Positions 18,958 to 28,982 of a stretch of 64,000 bases of DNA are shown one piece after another; position 1 is the first letter of the stretch, and every line of letters begins with the position of its first letter. Source of the stretch: an uncultured Candidatus Saccharibacteria bacterium (GTDB taxonomy: Bacteria > Patescibacteriota > Minisyncoccia > UBA6257 > 2-01-FULL-56-20); contig OZ246418.1 of the NCBI GenBank assembly GCA_965231155.1, positions 573,710 to 637,709 of the forward strand. The letters are read 5' to 3'. The translations under genes were made by a program, and so were the position numbers. The notes under the pieces were generated by a model. The model saw only the letters and a list, made by a program, of their open reading frames with translations, made no database searches and was not told where the DNA came from.

Positions 18958-19380
18958 ATGGTGGCCTGTCTTTTTTGTCGTATTGTAAGTGGTGAGATTC
19001 CTGCCGAACGGATTTATGAGGATGATCATGCGCTCGCTTTTCTAGATATCCACCCCCGAGCTCCTGGTCACACCATGGTTATTCCTAAGGTACATGCTCC
19101 GAATATTCTTGAGCTTCCACAAACGGAAGTTCCCGGACTTTTTCTGGCAGTGCAGAAGTTAGCAGGAGCTGTTCAGTCGGGGTTGGGTGCTCCTGGGTTG
19201 ACGATTGGCATAAATCAGGGTAGGGTAAGTGGCCAGGAAGTGGATCATTTGCACGTTCATCTTCTCCCTCGATTTGCGGATGATGGTGGCGGAGCAATCC
19301 AGTCGGTGGTGAATAATCCATCAGCAGAATCACTTCCAGAGATTAGTCAGAAGATTAAGAACCATATCAATCACTCATGA
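18958..19380 (+). CDS. HIT-family nucleotide hydrolase
   Basis: Histidine triad VDHLHVHLLPR and N-terminal CLFCRIVSGEIP. The start is at the ATG one nt after the hisS stop. Confidence 0.85.
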   Translation: MVACLFCRIVSGEIPAERIYEDDHALAFLDIHPRAPGHTMVIPKVHAPNILELPQTEVPGLFLAVQKLAGAVQSGLGAPGLTIGINQGRVSGQEVDHLHVHLLPRFADDGGGAIQSVVNNPSAESLPEISQKIKNHINHS

Positions 19381-19589
19381 TTAAAGTTAATCGCAAAGAA
19401 GGAGAGACGGTGAATGCCCTCATCTTTCGTTTTAGCAAAAAAGTTCGTCGAAGCGGAATCTCTCAGGAGGTTCGTCGCCGACGTTTTCGTGGTCGTGTTC
19501 AGAATAAGTTGAAACAGCGCTTATCGGCTCTTTATCGTCTCGAGAAGTCCTCAGAGATGAAGTACGAGCACAAGGCTCCAGTTCGTTAA
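19377..19589 (+). CDS. rpsU: 30S ribosomal protein S21
   Basis: IKV..E....AL.RF......G...EVRRRRF pattern; basic; 70 aa. ATG overlaps the HIT stop (ATGA). Confidence 0.75.
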   Translation: MIKVNRKEGETVNALIFRFSKKVRRSGISQEVRRRRFRGRVQNKLKQRLSALYRLEKSSEMKYEHKAPVR

Positions 19590-19611
19590 TTTATTTTTTT
19601 AAAAAACATTT

Positions 19612-20055
19612 ATGAAAGAGCGTCTCGAGGCAGATTTAAAGAGCGCTTTAAAGAGAGGAGATAGCGAACTTGTTTCGATTATCCGTTTTTTACTTGCTCA
19701 GATTCAGAGCGAAGAGATTAAGAACCGTGGCGAAGGAAAGTCCTCGGTACTTTCTGACGAAGCAGTTATTGCACTTTTAAAGAGTGAGGCGAAACGGCGC
19801 GTTGAGGCGATTGAGATGTTTAAGACTGGCGGTCGAACTGACTTGGTTGCGCCAGAAGAAAAAGCAGTTGCCATTATTCGAGAGTATCTTCCTGCAGAGT
19901 TGGGACGTGACCAGGTTGTCGATGTGGTACGTCGGTTGCGAGCGAATGGTTTTGATGATTTTACGACGCTTATGAAGCAGTCCATGGCGGAACTGAAGGG
20001 GCGCGCTGACGGCAAATTAGTGAGCGAGATTGTTCGAGAGGTCATCAATGGGTAA
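19612..20055 (+). CDS. GatB/YqeY-domain protein
   Basis: 147 aa all-helical protein with a YqeY-like N-terminus (LKSALKRGD..LS.IRFLLAQIQ). Confidence 0.8.
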   Translation: MKERLEADLKSALKRGDSELVSIIRFLLAQIQSEEIKNRGEGKSSVLSDEAVIALLKSEAKRRVEAIEMFKTGGRTDLVAPEEKAVAIIREYLPAELGRDQVVDVVRRLRANGFDDFTTLMKQSMAELKGRADGKLVSEIVREVING

Positions 20056-20467
20056 TCGGATTACTGTTCATGGATTAGCTCGTCGACCGGGCTTGGCGCG
20101 AGAAGTCGAGAAAATTGCCCAGACAGTACTGGCTTTTTTTCAGCTTCAGTCAAAGGAGTTGGATATTATTTTCCTTGGAGATGAAGAGATGGTTTCTTTG
20201 AAGAAACACTATCTCCCCAAGAAATCGGGACCGGCGAATACATTATCTTTTCCTGCAGGAGATGAGTTTCCGCAACTACCGAATCAACCTGCACCTCTGG
20301 GCGAGGTATTTTTGAATAGCGATCTGACACGGTATCAGATCAAGGAGATTGTTCCACTACTCATCCACAGTATTTTGCATTTATTAGGCTACCACCATGA
20401 GAAGGAGCGTGATAAGATTGAGATGGATCGTTTAGCTTCCGAAGTAGCGGAAGCTTTGCGGAGGTAA
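20048..20467 (+). CDS. ybeY: Endoribonuclease YbeY (rRNA maturation factor)
   Basis: Metal-binding H-x3-H-x5-H motif HSILHLLGYHH. Start is taken at the internal ATG at 20048. Confidence 0.8.
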   Translation: MGNRITVHGLARRPGLAREVEKIAQTVLAFFQLQSKELDIIFLGDEEMVSLKKHYLPKKSGPANTLSFPAGDEFPQLPNQPAPLGEVFLNSDLTRYQIKEIVPLLIHSILHLLGYHHEKERDKIEMDRLASEVAEALRR

Positions 20468-20489
20468 AACTCCGACGACCATTTCTTAA

Positions 20490-21710
20490 ATGGCAGAAAT
20501 TATCACGGGTATCGATATTGGCACTTCGGAAATTAAGGTGGCAGTTGCTGAGAATCGCAATGGCCATCCTAATCTCCTGAAGGTTTTTAAAGAATCATCT
20601 TTAGGTTTAAAGAAGGGAGCGATTACTGACCTTGGAGAAACTGTCCAAGCTTTGTCTAAAGTTTTTGCACAGATTCGCGATGTCTCGAAGTCAGCGACCA
20701 AAAATTTGTATGTGAATATTGGCACTGCTCAGGTTCGTGCGCAACATTCGCGTGGGGTGGCGGCAGTCTCTCGAGCTGATAGTGAGATTTATCAAGACGA
20801 TGTTGATCGGGTAATTCGAGCGAGCCAGATTCTGAATCTTGGTTCGAATCGTATGATCGTGCACACCATTACCAAGGAATTTATTGTTGATGGGGTTGGT
20901 GATATCACTGAGCCAGTTGGTCTCGGAGGAAGTCGTCTGGAGGTAACCACGTTGGTTGTTGATGCGTTCGAACCTCACGTGAAGAGTTTGATTAAAGCCA
21001 TACAGTTGAGTGGCGGTTTTATCAAGGGCATGGCTTTTGATCCATTAATTTCTGCCCGGGCATCGCTCAGTAAGGTGCAGAAAGATTTAGGGACGGTACT
21101 TATTGATATTGGATATGGTACGACCGGTATGGTGGTCTATGAGGAAAAGCGACTACTTGGTGCGGCAGTTTTTCCATTAGGCGCAGCCAATATTACTAAT
21201 GACATTGCGATTGGTTTAAAGATTCCCGTGCAGGCAGCCGAGAGTATTAAGTTGAATTATGGATATGCGGTTTCGAGTGATGTGGCGGCCCGTGATGTAA
21301 TTGACTTGAAGAAGATTTGTGGTGAGGGATATGGTGTTGTTTCTCGACGACTTCTGGCAGAGATTATCGAAGCACGAATGTCTGAGATATTTGAGTTTGT
21401 ACAGTCGGAGTTGAAATTAATGGGTCGGGCTGGTCAGTTGGCGGGAGGAGTTGTCCTCGTCGGTGGTGGGGCCAAGTTGCCAGGGGTCGCTGATTTGGCC
21501 AAAGAGGAACTGCGTTTATCGGCTCAGATTGGCCTAGTGGCTGAGAGAAATGACTGGTTGGGGACGGAAGGTTTGGGAGAGGTTTTTGATGACCCAGAGT
21601 ATGTGAATGTCCTCGGTTTGGTGCTGTGGGGAGGGGACGAGGAGGGGTGGTTCAAGAAGCGACAGAGTGGGTTCAATCTAAAACAGCTTTTTCGGTATTT
21701 TACGCCCTAG
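20490..21710 (+). CDS. ftsA: Cell division protein FtsA
   Basis: Actin-like ATPase with N-terminal GIDIGTSEIKVAV; 406 aa; directly upstream of ftsZ. Confidence 0.9.
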   Translation: MAEIITGIDIGTSEIKVAVAENRNGHPNLLKVFKESSLGLKKGAITDLGETVQALSKVFAQIRDVSKSATKNLYVNIGTAQVRAQHSRGVAAVSRADSEIYQDDVDRVIRASQILNLGSNRMIVHTITKEFIVDGVGDITEPVGLGGSRLEVTTLVVDAFEPHVKSLIKAIQLSGGFIKGMAFDPLISARASLSKVQKDLGTVLIDIGYGTTGMVVYEEKRLLGAAVFPLGAANITNDIAIGLKIPVQAAESIKLNYGYAVSSDVAARDVIDLKKICGEGYGVVSRRLLAEIIEARMSEIFEFVQSELKLMGRAGQLAGGVVLVGGGAKLPGVADLAKEELRLSAQIGLVAERNDWLGTEGLGEVFDDPEYVNVLGLVLWGGDEEGWFKKRQSGFNLKQLFRYFTP

Positions 21711-21762
21711 CATTATCTCCTTGAGGTAGGTGCTAAAGAATGGTATATATAAGTGAATTTAT

Positions 21763-22995
21763 ATGAAGAAAAAGAAAACGAATCGATCTCAAGGAAGTAA
21801 TATATCCCAGAGCAATATGGGTAATGCATTTGCGCGGATTAAGGTTGTTGGTATCGGTGGTGGGGGAGGGAATGCAGTCTCTCGGATGAGTAAAGATTTT
21901 TCACGAGGGATTGAGTTTATAGCCATCAATACCGATCATCAAGACCTCGATTTTTGCGATGTTCGTAAGAAGATATATATCGGTCGCAACTTGACCAAAG
22001 GATTGGGTACTGGCATGAATCCCGATCTGGGGAAGCAGGCAGCAGAAGAAAATCGTTCTGAAATTGCCGAAGCCCTTCATGGTGCTGATTTGGTTTTTCT
22101 GGCGGCAGGATTTGGTGGAGGAACGGGCACCGGAGCAACGCCGGTGGTGGCGGAGATCGCTAAGCAGATGGGCGCACTGACGCTGGCATTTGTTACCAAA
22201 CCGTTTACATTCGAAGGTGGCCAGAGAGATCGTATTGCTCAGGAAGGCATTGTACGTTTAAAAGATAAAGTTGATGCGTCGATCGTGATTCCCAACGATC
22301 GAATTTTTACGATTATTAGCAAAGACACTCCAATTATCAAAGCCTTTGAGGCGATTGATGACGTGTTGCGTCACGCCCTGCAGGGCATTGTAGATATCGT
22401 GCTTTCTCCGGGATTAATTAACGTTGATTTTGCCGATGTGAAAGCTATTTTACAGGATGCTGGTTCGGCGATTGTGGGAGTGGGTATTGCCACTGGTCAG
22501 GATCGTGCAACGGCAGCTGTTGAGCAGGCATTACGTTCACCATTGCTCGAAGTGAATCCTGATGGTGCAAAGGGAATTCTTTTTGGAATTTCGGGACGTG
22601 ACTTGAAGATGAGTGAGGTAAATGATGCGGCTAAAATGATTGCCCAGATTGCCGATCCTGCCGCACGCATTATCTTTGGTGCATATCATGATAAGCATCT
22701 CAAGGAGAAGCAACTGAAGATTACTTTAATGGCTACTGGTTTTAATGGTGCTGCCGGTGCTCAGATTAACTCTCTTTTTGATAATAAGGCGGATCTGATG
22801 CGTCAGAGTTTTGACGATCTGGCGCCAGTGGAACGTCCTGCAGAGAAAAAACCGGAAAAGACTATAAATCTTGGATACGCTGACATGGAAGATCGATTAC
22901 CTCCACGAGAAATTAAGAAGTCGACTGAGCCAGCCAAGAAGAAGGATGAGGATGTGTGGGATATTCCAACGTTCTTAAGAAAGAGAAAGCGATAG
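21763..22995 (+). CDS. ftsZ: Cell division GTPase FtsZ
   Basis: Tubulin signature GGGTGTG (FGGGTGTGATPVVAEIAK). The C-terminal tail is basic and acidic with DIPTFLRKR. Confidence 0.95.
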   Translation: MKKKKTNRSQGSNISQSNMGNAFARIKVVGIGGGGGNAVSRMSKDFSRGIEFIAINTDHQDLDFCDVRKKIYIGRNLTKGLGTGMNPDLGKQAAEENRSEIAEALHGADLVFLAAGFGGGTGTGATPVVAEIAKQMGALTLAFVTKPFTFEGGQRDRIAQEGIVRLKDKVDASIVIPNDRIFTIISKDTPIIKAFEAIDDVLRHALQGIVDIVLSPGLINVDFADVKAILQDAGSAIVGVGIATGQDRATAAVEQALRSPLLEVNPDGAKGILFGISGRDLKMSEVNDAAKMIAQIADPAARIIFGAYHDKHLKEKQLKITLMATGFNGAAGAQINSLFDNKADLMRQSFDDLAPVERPAEKKPEKTINLGYADMEDRLPPREIKKSTEPAKKKDEDVWDIPTFLRKRKR

Positions 22996-22996
22996 T

Positions 22997-24034
22997 TTAC
23001 TCCTCCTCTGGTTTGGGGAGTTGTTGGATTTCAATACCTGGAGCGAGACCTCCGATACGGAGGACGTCTTTGTCGATTTTTCCTAGTTCTTTGTAAGCTT
23101 GATTGTACATACTGACCGAAGTGCCTAAGTGGGTGCCGAGTTTTTTCATATAAATCTCGTAACTCATCAAATGACGTCCGAGTTCCTGAACACGAGTACG
23201 AATCTCTTTGGCAGAATCTTCTATCTGGAGTGCTTTGAGTCCCTGAAGGACCATTTTTAAATGCGCCAGGAAAGTTGTGGGGGAGACGATGTGAACTTTC
23301 TTTTCAATGAATGCATAGTCGATAAGATCTCGAGTATTCATTTTTACTGCTCCGATCTGATTGATAAGTAAGTCGTAGAAGATTCCTTCAGCAGGAATAA
23401 ACATGAAGGCGAAATCAAGCGTGCCTTCTTCTGGGCGGACATATTTTGCAGTTTCTTCGATACGATTTTTAAGATCTTGGATGAAAATCTTTTCAAGTCG
23501 TTCTCGTTCTGTAGGATCTTTTTCTTCGCGGAGTCGGTTATAGTTTTCTAATGAGAATTTTGAATCAATCGGAATGACCTGATCTTTGAGGAAGATTACG
23601 GCATCAACAATCGTGCCGTCTTTAAAGGCGTACTGCATCTGATACTGACCGGGAGCGAAGACGTTCTTGAGGAGGGTCTCTAGATAGTATTCACCGAGAA
23701 TGCCTCGTTGCTTTGGGTTTTTAAGAATATCCTCGAGGTTTCGTAACTGTTCAGTGAAGCCAATGACCTGACGATTTGTTTCATCGAGTTTGGTGAGTCG
23801 TTCGGTTACTTCTCGGACAATCTTGAGGCTCTCGCCGAACTGGGACTGAATGAGACGCCCCGACTCAGTCATTTTGTTATCGATCGTTCTTGTCAGGTCG
23901 TTTATCTGGTTCTGAATAAGTAACAGACTCTGGTCTCCTTGATTTGGCGCTCCTCGGCGGGCCAAAAAAAAGATAATTACTAAGACCAGTGCGGTCGCAA
24001 TTATAGTCAGAATAGTTTCCATTGGATTTATCAT
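22997..24034 (-). CDS. rmuC: DNA recombination protein RmuC family
   Basis: N-terminal TM helix, long coiled coil, and a C-terminal RmuC-like nuclease domain; 345 aa. Confidence 0.65.
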   Translation of the reverse strand: MINPMETILTIIATALVLVIIFFLARRGAPNQGDQSLLLIQNQINDLTRTIDNKMTESGRLIQSQFGESLKIVREVTERLTKLDETNRQVIGFTEQLRNLEDILKNPKQRGILGEYYLETLLKNVFAPGQYQMQYAFKDGTIVDAVIFLKDQVIPIDSKFSLENYNRLREEKDPTERERLEKIFIQDLKNRIEETAKYVRPEEGTLDFAFMFIPAEGIFYDLLINQIGAVKMNTRDLIDYAFIEKKVHIVSPTTFLAHLKMVLQGLKALQIEDSAKEIRTRVQELGRHLMSYEIYMKKLGTHLGTSVSMYNQAYKELGKIDKDVLRIGGLAPGIEIQQLPKPEEE

Positions 24035-24183
24035 AGCATGACGAAAAAGGAAGATAAAACCTTAGTTTTTTAGCCTTTTCTTTATCAGGATGAGGTCGGT
24101 TGGATGCGTTGCTTGGAAGTGTCTTTTGTGCTACAATTTCACAGTAAATAAAGACTGCCTGAAGGCTGTTTTTAATTGAGACT

Positions 24184-26217
24184 ATGGCTAAAGAAAAAAC
24201 AGATAAAAACGAAAAATCAACGAATGGGAGCGCTTCATATAGCGCTAAGGACATTATGGTTCTTGAGGGTCTTGAGCCGGTACGGAAGCGTCCGGGTATG
24301 TATATTGGTTCGACTGGGCCCGATGGTTTACACCATTTAATCTGGGAGGTTGTCGATAACTCGACTGACGAGGCGATGGCTGGTTTTGCCAAGAATATTA
24401 CCGTTGAACTGTTGCCGGACAATATTGTGAGTGTCACTGACGATGGTCGTGGTATTCCGGTAGATATTCACCCACAGACGAAAGTCTCTGCCCTAGAAAC
24501 CGTCTTAACAACCCTTCATGCCGGAGGTAAGTTTGGTGGTGACTCGTATAAAGTTTCTGGAGGTCTACACGGCGTGGGTGTTTCGGTTGTGAATGCTTTG
24601 TCTGTCTGGACTAAAGTTGAAGTTTCGCAGGGCGGTGGTCTTCATATGCAGGAGTATGAACGGGGTAAGCCAAAGAGCAAAGTTAAAAAAATTGGTTCAG
24701 CGAAGAACACGGGAACAAAAGTGATGTTTTCTCCTGATCCAACAATTTTTCAGGAGGTTAAGTTTGATGCCAAGCGCGTGGCTGACTTTTTGCGACAGCG
24801 TACGTATCTCGTGAAGGGGGTACGTATCAATTTTTTCGATCGTCGAGTTACTCCGAATACCGCCCTCTCTTTCTATTTTGAAGGTGGTTTGCAGTCTTTT
24901 TTGAAACATATTGGGCGTAACAAGAAGGCTCTTCAGGAGGAGATTTTTTATGTTGATCGAGAACATGAGGGCATCGAGGTGGAGGCGGCTTTTTTGTATA
25001 TCGACGATCTCGAATCAAAAGAACTGAGTTTCGCGAATAATATTCACACTCCAGATGGTGGTATGCATCTTACTGGTTTCCGTACGGCACTGACGAGGAC
25101 TCTGAATAGTTATGCGCGCGCTGAGAAGTATCTTAAAGAAAAGGATGAGAACTTGACGAGTGAGGATATGCGTGAGGGGTTGTTGGTAGTAGTTTCAGTG
25201 AAGCTTCGTGAACCACAGTTTGAAGGCCAGACAAAGGCTCGTTTAGGGAATCCTGAGGCGCGCACCTCGACGGACGCTGTTGTGTATGAGGCGCTTAAGG
25301 AGTTTTTAGAGAAACGTCCGGCGGAAGCTCGGCGGATTATCGAGAAGGTGCTTTTAGCGGCCAAGGCGCGAAAGGCGGCCAAGGCAGCCAAGGAGACAGT
25401 ACTTAGAAAGGGAGCGCTTGAAGGAATGACTCTTCCAGGAAAATTGGCCGACTGTTCGAGCCGTAAGGCTGAGGAATCCGAGCTTTTCATCGTAGAGGGA
25501 GACTCTGCTGGTGGTAGTGCAAAGCAGGGGAGAGACCGTCATACGCAGGCGATTTTACCATTACGCGGAAAGATTCTGAACGTCGAGAAATCTCGCTTGG
25601 ATAAGATCCTGGCCAACCAGGAGGTTCGTAACTTGGTGGTGGCGGTCGGCACAGCGATCGCTGATGAGTTTGATCTCTCGAAGATTCGTTATCACAAGAT
25701 CATCATCATGACTGATGCTGATGTTGATGGCGCCCATATTCGGACATTATTACTGACGCTTTTTTATCGTTACTTCTTACCAATCATCGAAGCCGGATAT
25801 TTATACGTTGGTCAGCCACCGCTCTACCGTATTCAGTCAGGGAAGACTGTTCAGTACGTGTATTCCGATGACGAAAAAGAAAAGCTGGTAGCAACTTTAG
25901 AGAAGGCCAAGAAGCCAGCAGTTGTTTCTAGAGCTAAGGAGGAGGGTGAGGACGAGGAGGGTTCAGAGCCTCAGGAGGGAGAAGTGAAGCGAGCTTCAGG
26001 GATCAGTATTCAGCGGTATAAGGGTCTTGGAGAAATGAATCCTGAACAGCTTTGGGATACGACCATGGACCCAGAGAAGCGGTTTTTGAAGCAGGTACAG
26101 ATTGATGATGCTGAGGCGGCTAGCCGGCTTTTTGATATCTTGATGGGTGATGAGGTTGGCCCTCGTAAACAGTTCATCCAGACGCATGCCCTCAACGTGA
26201 AAAACATTGACATTTAG
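24184..26217 (+). CDS. gyrB: DNA gyrase subunit B (type IIA topoisomerase ATPase subunit)
   Basis: GHKL ATPase N-terminus (LEGLEPVRKRPGMYIGST), Toprim EGDSAGGSAKQGRDR and the PLRGKILNVEK motif; 677 aa. Confidence 0.9.
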   Translation: MAKEKTDKNEKSTNGSASYSAKDIMVLEGLEPVRKRPGMYIGSTGPDGLHHLIWEVVDNSTDEAMAGFAKNITVELLPDNIVSVTDDGRGIPVDIHPQTKVSALETVLTTLHAGGKFGGDSYKVSGGLHGVGVSVVNALSVWTKVEVSQGGGLHMQEYERGKPKSKVKKIGSAKNTGTKVMFSPDPTIFQEVKFDAKRVADFLRQRTYLVKGVRINFFDRRVTPNTALSFYFEGGLQSFLKHIGRNKKALQEEIFYVDREHEGIEVEAAFLYIDDLESKELSFANNIHTPDGGMHLTGFRTALTRTLNSYARAEKYLKEKDENLTSEDMREGLLVVVSVKLREPQFEGQTKARLGNPEARTSTDAVVYEALKEFLEKRPAEARRIIEKVLLAAKARKAAKAAKETVLRKGALEGMTLPGKLADCSSRKAEESELFIVEGDSAGGSAKQGRDRHTQAILPLRGKILNVEKSRLDKILANQEVRNLVVAVGTAIADEFDLSKIRYHKIIIMTDADVDGAHIRTLLLTLFYRYFLPIIEAGYLYVGQPPLYRIQSGKTVQYVYSDDEKEKLVATLEKAKKPAVVSRAKEEGEDEEGSEPQEGEVKRASGISIQRYKGLGEMNPEQLWDTTMDPEKRFLKQVQIDDAEAASRLFDILMGDEVGPRKQFIQTHALNVKNIDI

Positions 26218-26251
26218 CCATAAATTTGATTACATAGAGTCTTAATAAGCC

Positions 26252-26443
26252 ATGTTTGAGCGCATTAAAGTATTTTTAAAGGAATCTCAGGAGGAGTTCC
26301 GCCATGTAAACTGGCCACCTCGGAGTGAGGCCTTATACCTCACAGGAGTGGTGGTTGTTTTTTCTTTGATTGTGGCTATTCTATTGGGATTTTTTGATGC
26401 CTTCCTTTATTACCTTTTACAAGTCTTCGTCCTTGGAGGCTAA
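26252..26443 (+). CDS. secE: Preprotein translocase subunit SecE
   Basis: 63 aa with a single C-terminal TM helix. EFRHVNWPPRSEALYLTGVVVVF is SecE-like. It sits immediately upstream of nusG. Confidence 0.7.
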   Translation: MFERIKVFLKESQEEFRHVNWPPRSEALYLTGVVVVFSLIVAILLGFFDAFLYYLLQVFVLGG

Positions 26444-26449
26444 TACACC

Positions 26450-27016
26450 ATGACAGAAGTTGAAAAAACAGAAGAAAAAGTGAGCCAGGAGGGACGGCAG
26501 TGGTATGCGATTCATACCTATGCTGGTTATGAAGAGGCGGTGGCTCGTTATCTGAAACAGCGCGTTGAGTCTCTTTCTATGGAGGATAAGATTTTCAATG
26601 TCATTGTTCCAAAGGAGAAGAAGATTAAAGTGCGTGGTGGACGTCGAACGACTGTTGAAGAGAAGATCTATCCTGGATATGTGTTGGTAGAGATGATCTT
26701 GAGTGAGGATTCTTGGTATGTGGTACGAAACACTCCTCGGGTAACTAACTTTGTTGGTGCCGATAGTACGAAGCCAACTCCGCTTTCTCGAACCGAGGTT
26801 GACTCATTGCTGTCTCGCATGGGAGAAGAAGCGCCAAAGATGAATATTGACATTGAGGTGGGCGACCTGGTAAAAATCACTGATGGTCCGTTCAAGGACT
26901 ATGATGGGAAAGTTGAGGAGGTTGATCAGGAGCGCGGACGAATTAAGGTGATGGTGCCAATCTTTGGTCGTGATACCGCTGTTGAGATCGACTCCTTGCA
27001 AGTTAAAAAAGTTTAA
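26450..27016 (+). CDS. nusG: Transcription termination/antitermination factor NusG
   Basis: NGN domain (WYAIHTYAGYEE) and C-terminal KOW (GDLVKITDGPFKDYDGKVEEVD). Confidence 0.9.
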   Translation: MTEVEKTEEKVSQEGRQWYAIHTYAGYEEAVARYLKQRVESLSMEDKIFNVIVPKEKKIKVRGGRRTTVEEKIYPGYVLVEMILSEDSWYVVRNTPRVTNFVGADSTKPTPLSRTEVDSLLSRMGEEAPKMNIDIEVGDLVKITDGPFKDYDGKVEEVDQERGRIKVMVPIFGRDTAVEIDSLQVKKV

Positions 27017-27022
27017 AAAATA

Positions 27023-27448
27023 ATGGCAAAAATTCTAAAAACGGTTCTTAAATTACAGATTCCAGCTGGTGCTGCAAACCCAGCACCACCAATTGGTCCG
27101 GCGCTTGGTCAGCATGGAGTAAACATTCAGGACTTTTGTAAGCAGTTCAACGAGGCGACAAAAGATATGAATGGTGATGTCATTCCAGCCGAGATCACGA
27201 TTTACGAGGATCGAACATTCACTTTCATTTTAAAAACTTCTCCTGCTTCAGCCTTACTGAAGAAGTATGCTGGTGCTGCGAAGGGTGCTGCGAATCCTTT
27301 GAAGGATAAGATGGGCAGGGTTACCAAAGCTCAGCTTCGCGAAATTGCAGAGAAGAAGATGATCGATTTAAATGCTAATGATGTTGAGGCGGCCGAGAAA
27401 ATTATTTCCGGTACGGCTCGCAGTATGGGAATCCAGATTGTTGATTAG
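27023..27448 (+). CDS. rplK: 50S ribosomal protein L11
   Basis: [35 protein letters not shown] is a canonical L11 N-terminus. Confidence 0.95.
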   Translation: MAKILKTVLKLQIPAGAANPAPPIGPALGQHGVNIQDFCKQFNEATKDMNGDVIPAEITIYEDRTFTFILKTSPASALLKKYAGAAKGAANPLKDKMGRVTKAQLREIAEKKMIDLNANDVEAAEKIISGTARSMGIQIVD

Positions 27449-27477
27449 TATTTTTAGGCTTTGTAGATAGTAAAAGA

Positions 27478-27500
27478 ACGGGCGCAGGCCCGTTTTTTTT
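27478..27500 (+). terminator. Rho-independent terminator after rplK
   Basis: Stem acgggc-gcag-gcccgt followed by a T8 run. Confidence 0.6.
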
Positions 27501-27553
27501 GTATCTCGTCCATACTTTATTTTGAGTTTCAACTGGCTTATAATTCATAAACT

Positions 27554-28978
27554 ATGAAAGAACTGCTCCCAACGATGGGCTTGGAGATTCACGCGGAATT
27601 AAAGACCGCGACAAAGATGTTCTGTGACTGTAAGAACGACCCGGATGAGCGAAACCCTAATGTAAACACCTGTCCAGTCTGCTTGGGACATCCTGGCGCG
27701 TTGCCGACTATGAACAAACAGGCGATCGAGGCGGTGATTAAAGTTGGATTAGCAATTGGGGGCAAGATTAATCCGATTACTAAGTTTGATCGTAAGAATT
27801 ATTTTTATCCCGATCTACCAAAAGGATATCAGATTTCACAGTACGACCAGCCATTAGTGTTAGGCGGGAGTCTTTTAGGGATTAATATTACACGTATTCA
27901 TTTAGAAGAGGACGTGGGTAAGTCACAGCACTCTCACGATGGCACGGTGATTGATTTCAATCGTTCGAGTATTCCTTTGATGGAGTTAGTGACTGAGCCC
28001 GATTTTCGTTCGGCCGATCAGGTGGTGGCCTTTGCGCGTGAACTACAGCTCATTCTTCGTTATCTCGATGTTTCGAATGCCGATATGGAAAAGGGGAATA
28101 TGCGTATCGAGGCGAATATTAGTTTGAATATGGGAACCAAGGTTGAGTGTAAAAATATCAACTCCTTTAAGGCGGTTCATGATGCGATTGAGTATGAGAC
28201 TATTCGTCAGAGAGAAATTTTGGAGAAAGGAGAGAAGGTGGTCCAGGAGACACGGGGTTGGAATGAGGTGAAGAAGATCACCGTGAGCCAGCGTCTTAAG
28301 GAGGATGCACATGACTATCGTTATTTTCCCGAGCCGGACCTTCCTCCATTCAAGACTGAAGTCTTTGGTATTGAGGAGCTGAGACGACGACTTCCAGAGC
28401 TTCCTTCAGCGAAGCGTGAGCGCCTAAAGAAAGAGTTTGCTCTTTCTGAGGGGCAGGCTGAAACCTTGGTGTTAGATAAGGAGTTATCAAACTTTTTTGA
28501 GGAGGCGGTCAGTGAGTTGGCGACCTATGATGAGGCGGATACTTCAAAGATTTCAAAGAAAAGTCAGGATTTATTGTTTAACTATCTGACCACGGATCTC
28601 AAGGGATTGGGAAATGAACTAAAGATTGAGTTCAGAGATCTTAAGGTGACTCCAGAACGTCTGGCGCATCTTGTCGATCTCATTGATGAAGGAAAGATTG
28701 GTAGTCATCAAGCCAAGAGTATTTTAAGGAAGATGGTAGAGGAGGATGCTGATCCAGAGCAGGTGATGAAGGATGAGGGTTTAGAGACCATTTCTGATAA
28801 TACCGAACTTGAGAAAACGATTGATGAGGTGATCGCGGAAAATCCGAATGCGGTGGCTGATTATAAAAAAGGAAAAATAGCCAGTCTGCAGTTTATGCTT
28901 GGGAAGACGATGGCGAAGCTTCGGGGTCGTGGTGCACCTGATGTGTTGAAAGAGATTCTTGAGAATAAATTAAAATAG
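27554..28978 (+). CDS. gatB: Asp/Glu-tRNA amidotransferase subunit B
   Basis: MGLEIHAEL...CDCKND...NTCPVCLGHPGALP N-terminus and a C-terminal YqeY-like domain; 474 aa. Confidence 0.9.
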   Translation: MKELLPTMGLEIHAELKTATKMFCDCKNDPDERNPNVNTCPVCLGHPGALPTMNKQAIEAVIKVGLAIGGKINPITKFDRKNYFYPDLPKGYQISQYDQPLVLGGSLLGINITRIHLEEDVGKSQHSHDGTVIDFNRSSIPLMELVTEPDFRSADQVVAFARELQLILRYLDVSNADMEKGNMRIEANISLNMGTKVECKNINSFKAVHDAIEYETIRQREILEKGEKVVQETRGWNEVKKITVSQRLKEDAHDYRYFPEPDLPPFKTEVFGIEELRRRLPELPSAKRERLKKEFALSEGQAETLVLDKELSNFFEEAVSELATYDEADTSKISKKSQDLLFNYLTTDLKGLGNELKIEFRDLKVTPERLAHLVDLIDEGKIGSHQAKSILRKMVEEDADPEQVMKDEGLETISDNTELEKTIDEVIAENPNAVADYKKGKIASLQFMLGKTMAKLRGRGAPDVLKEILENKLK

Positions 28979-28982
28979 GATT

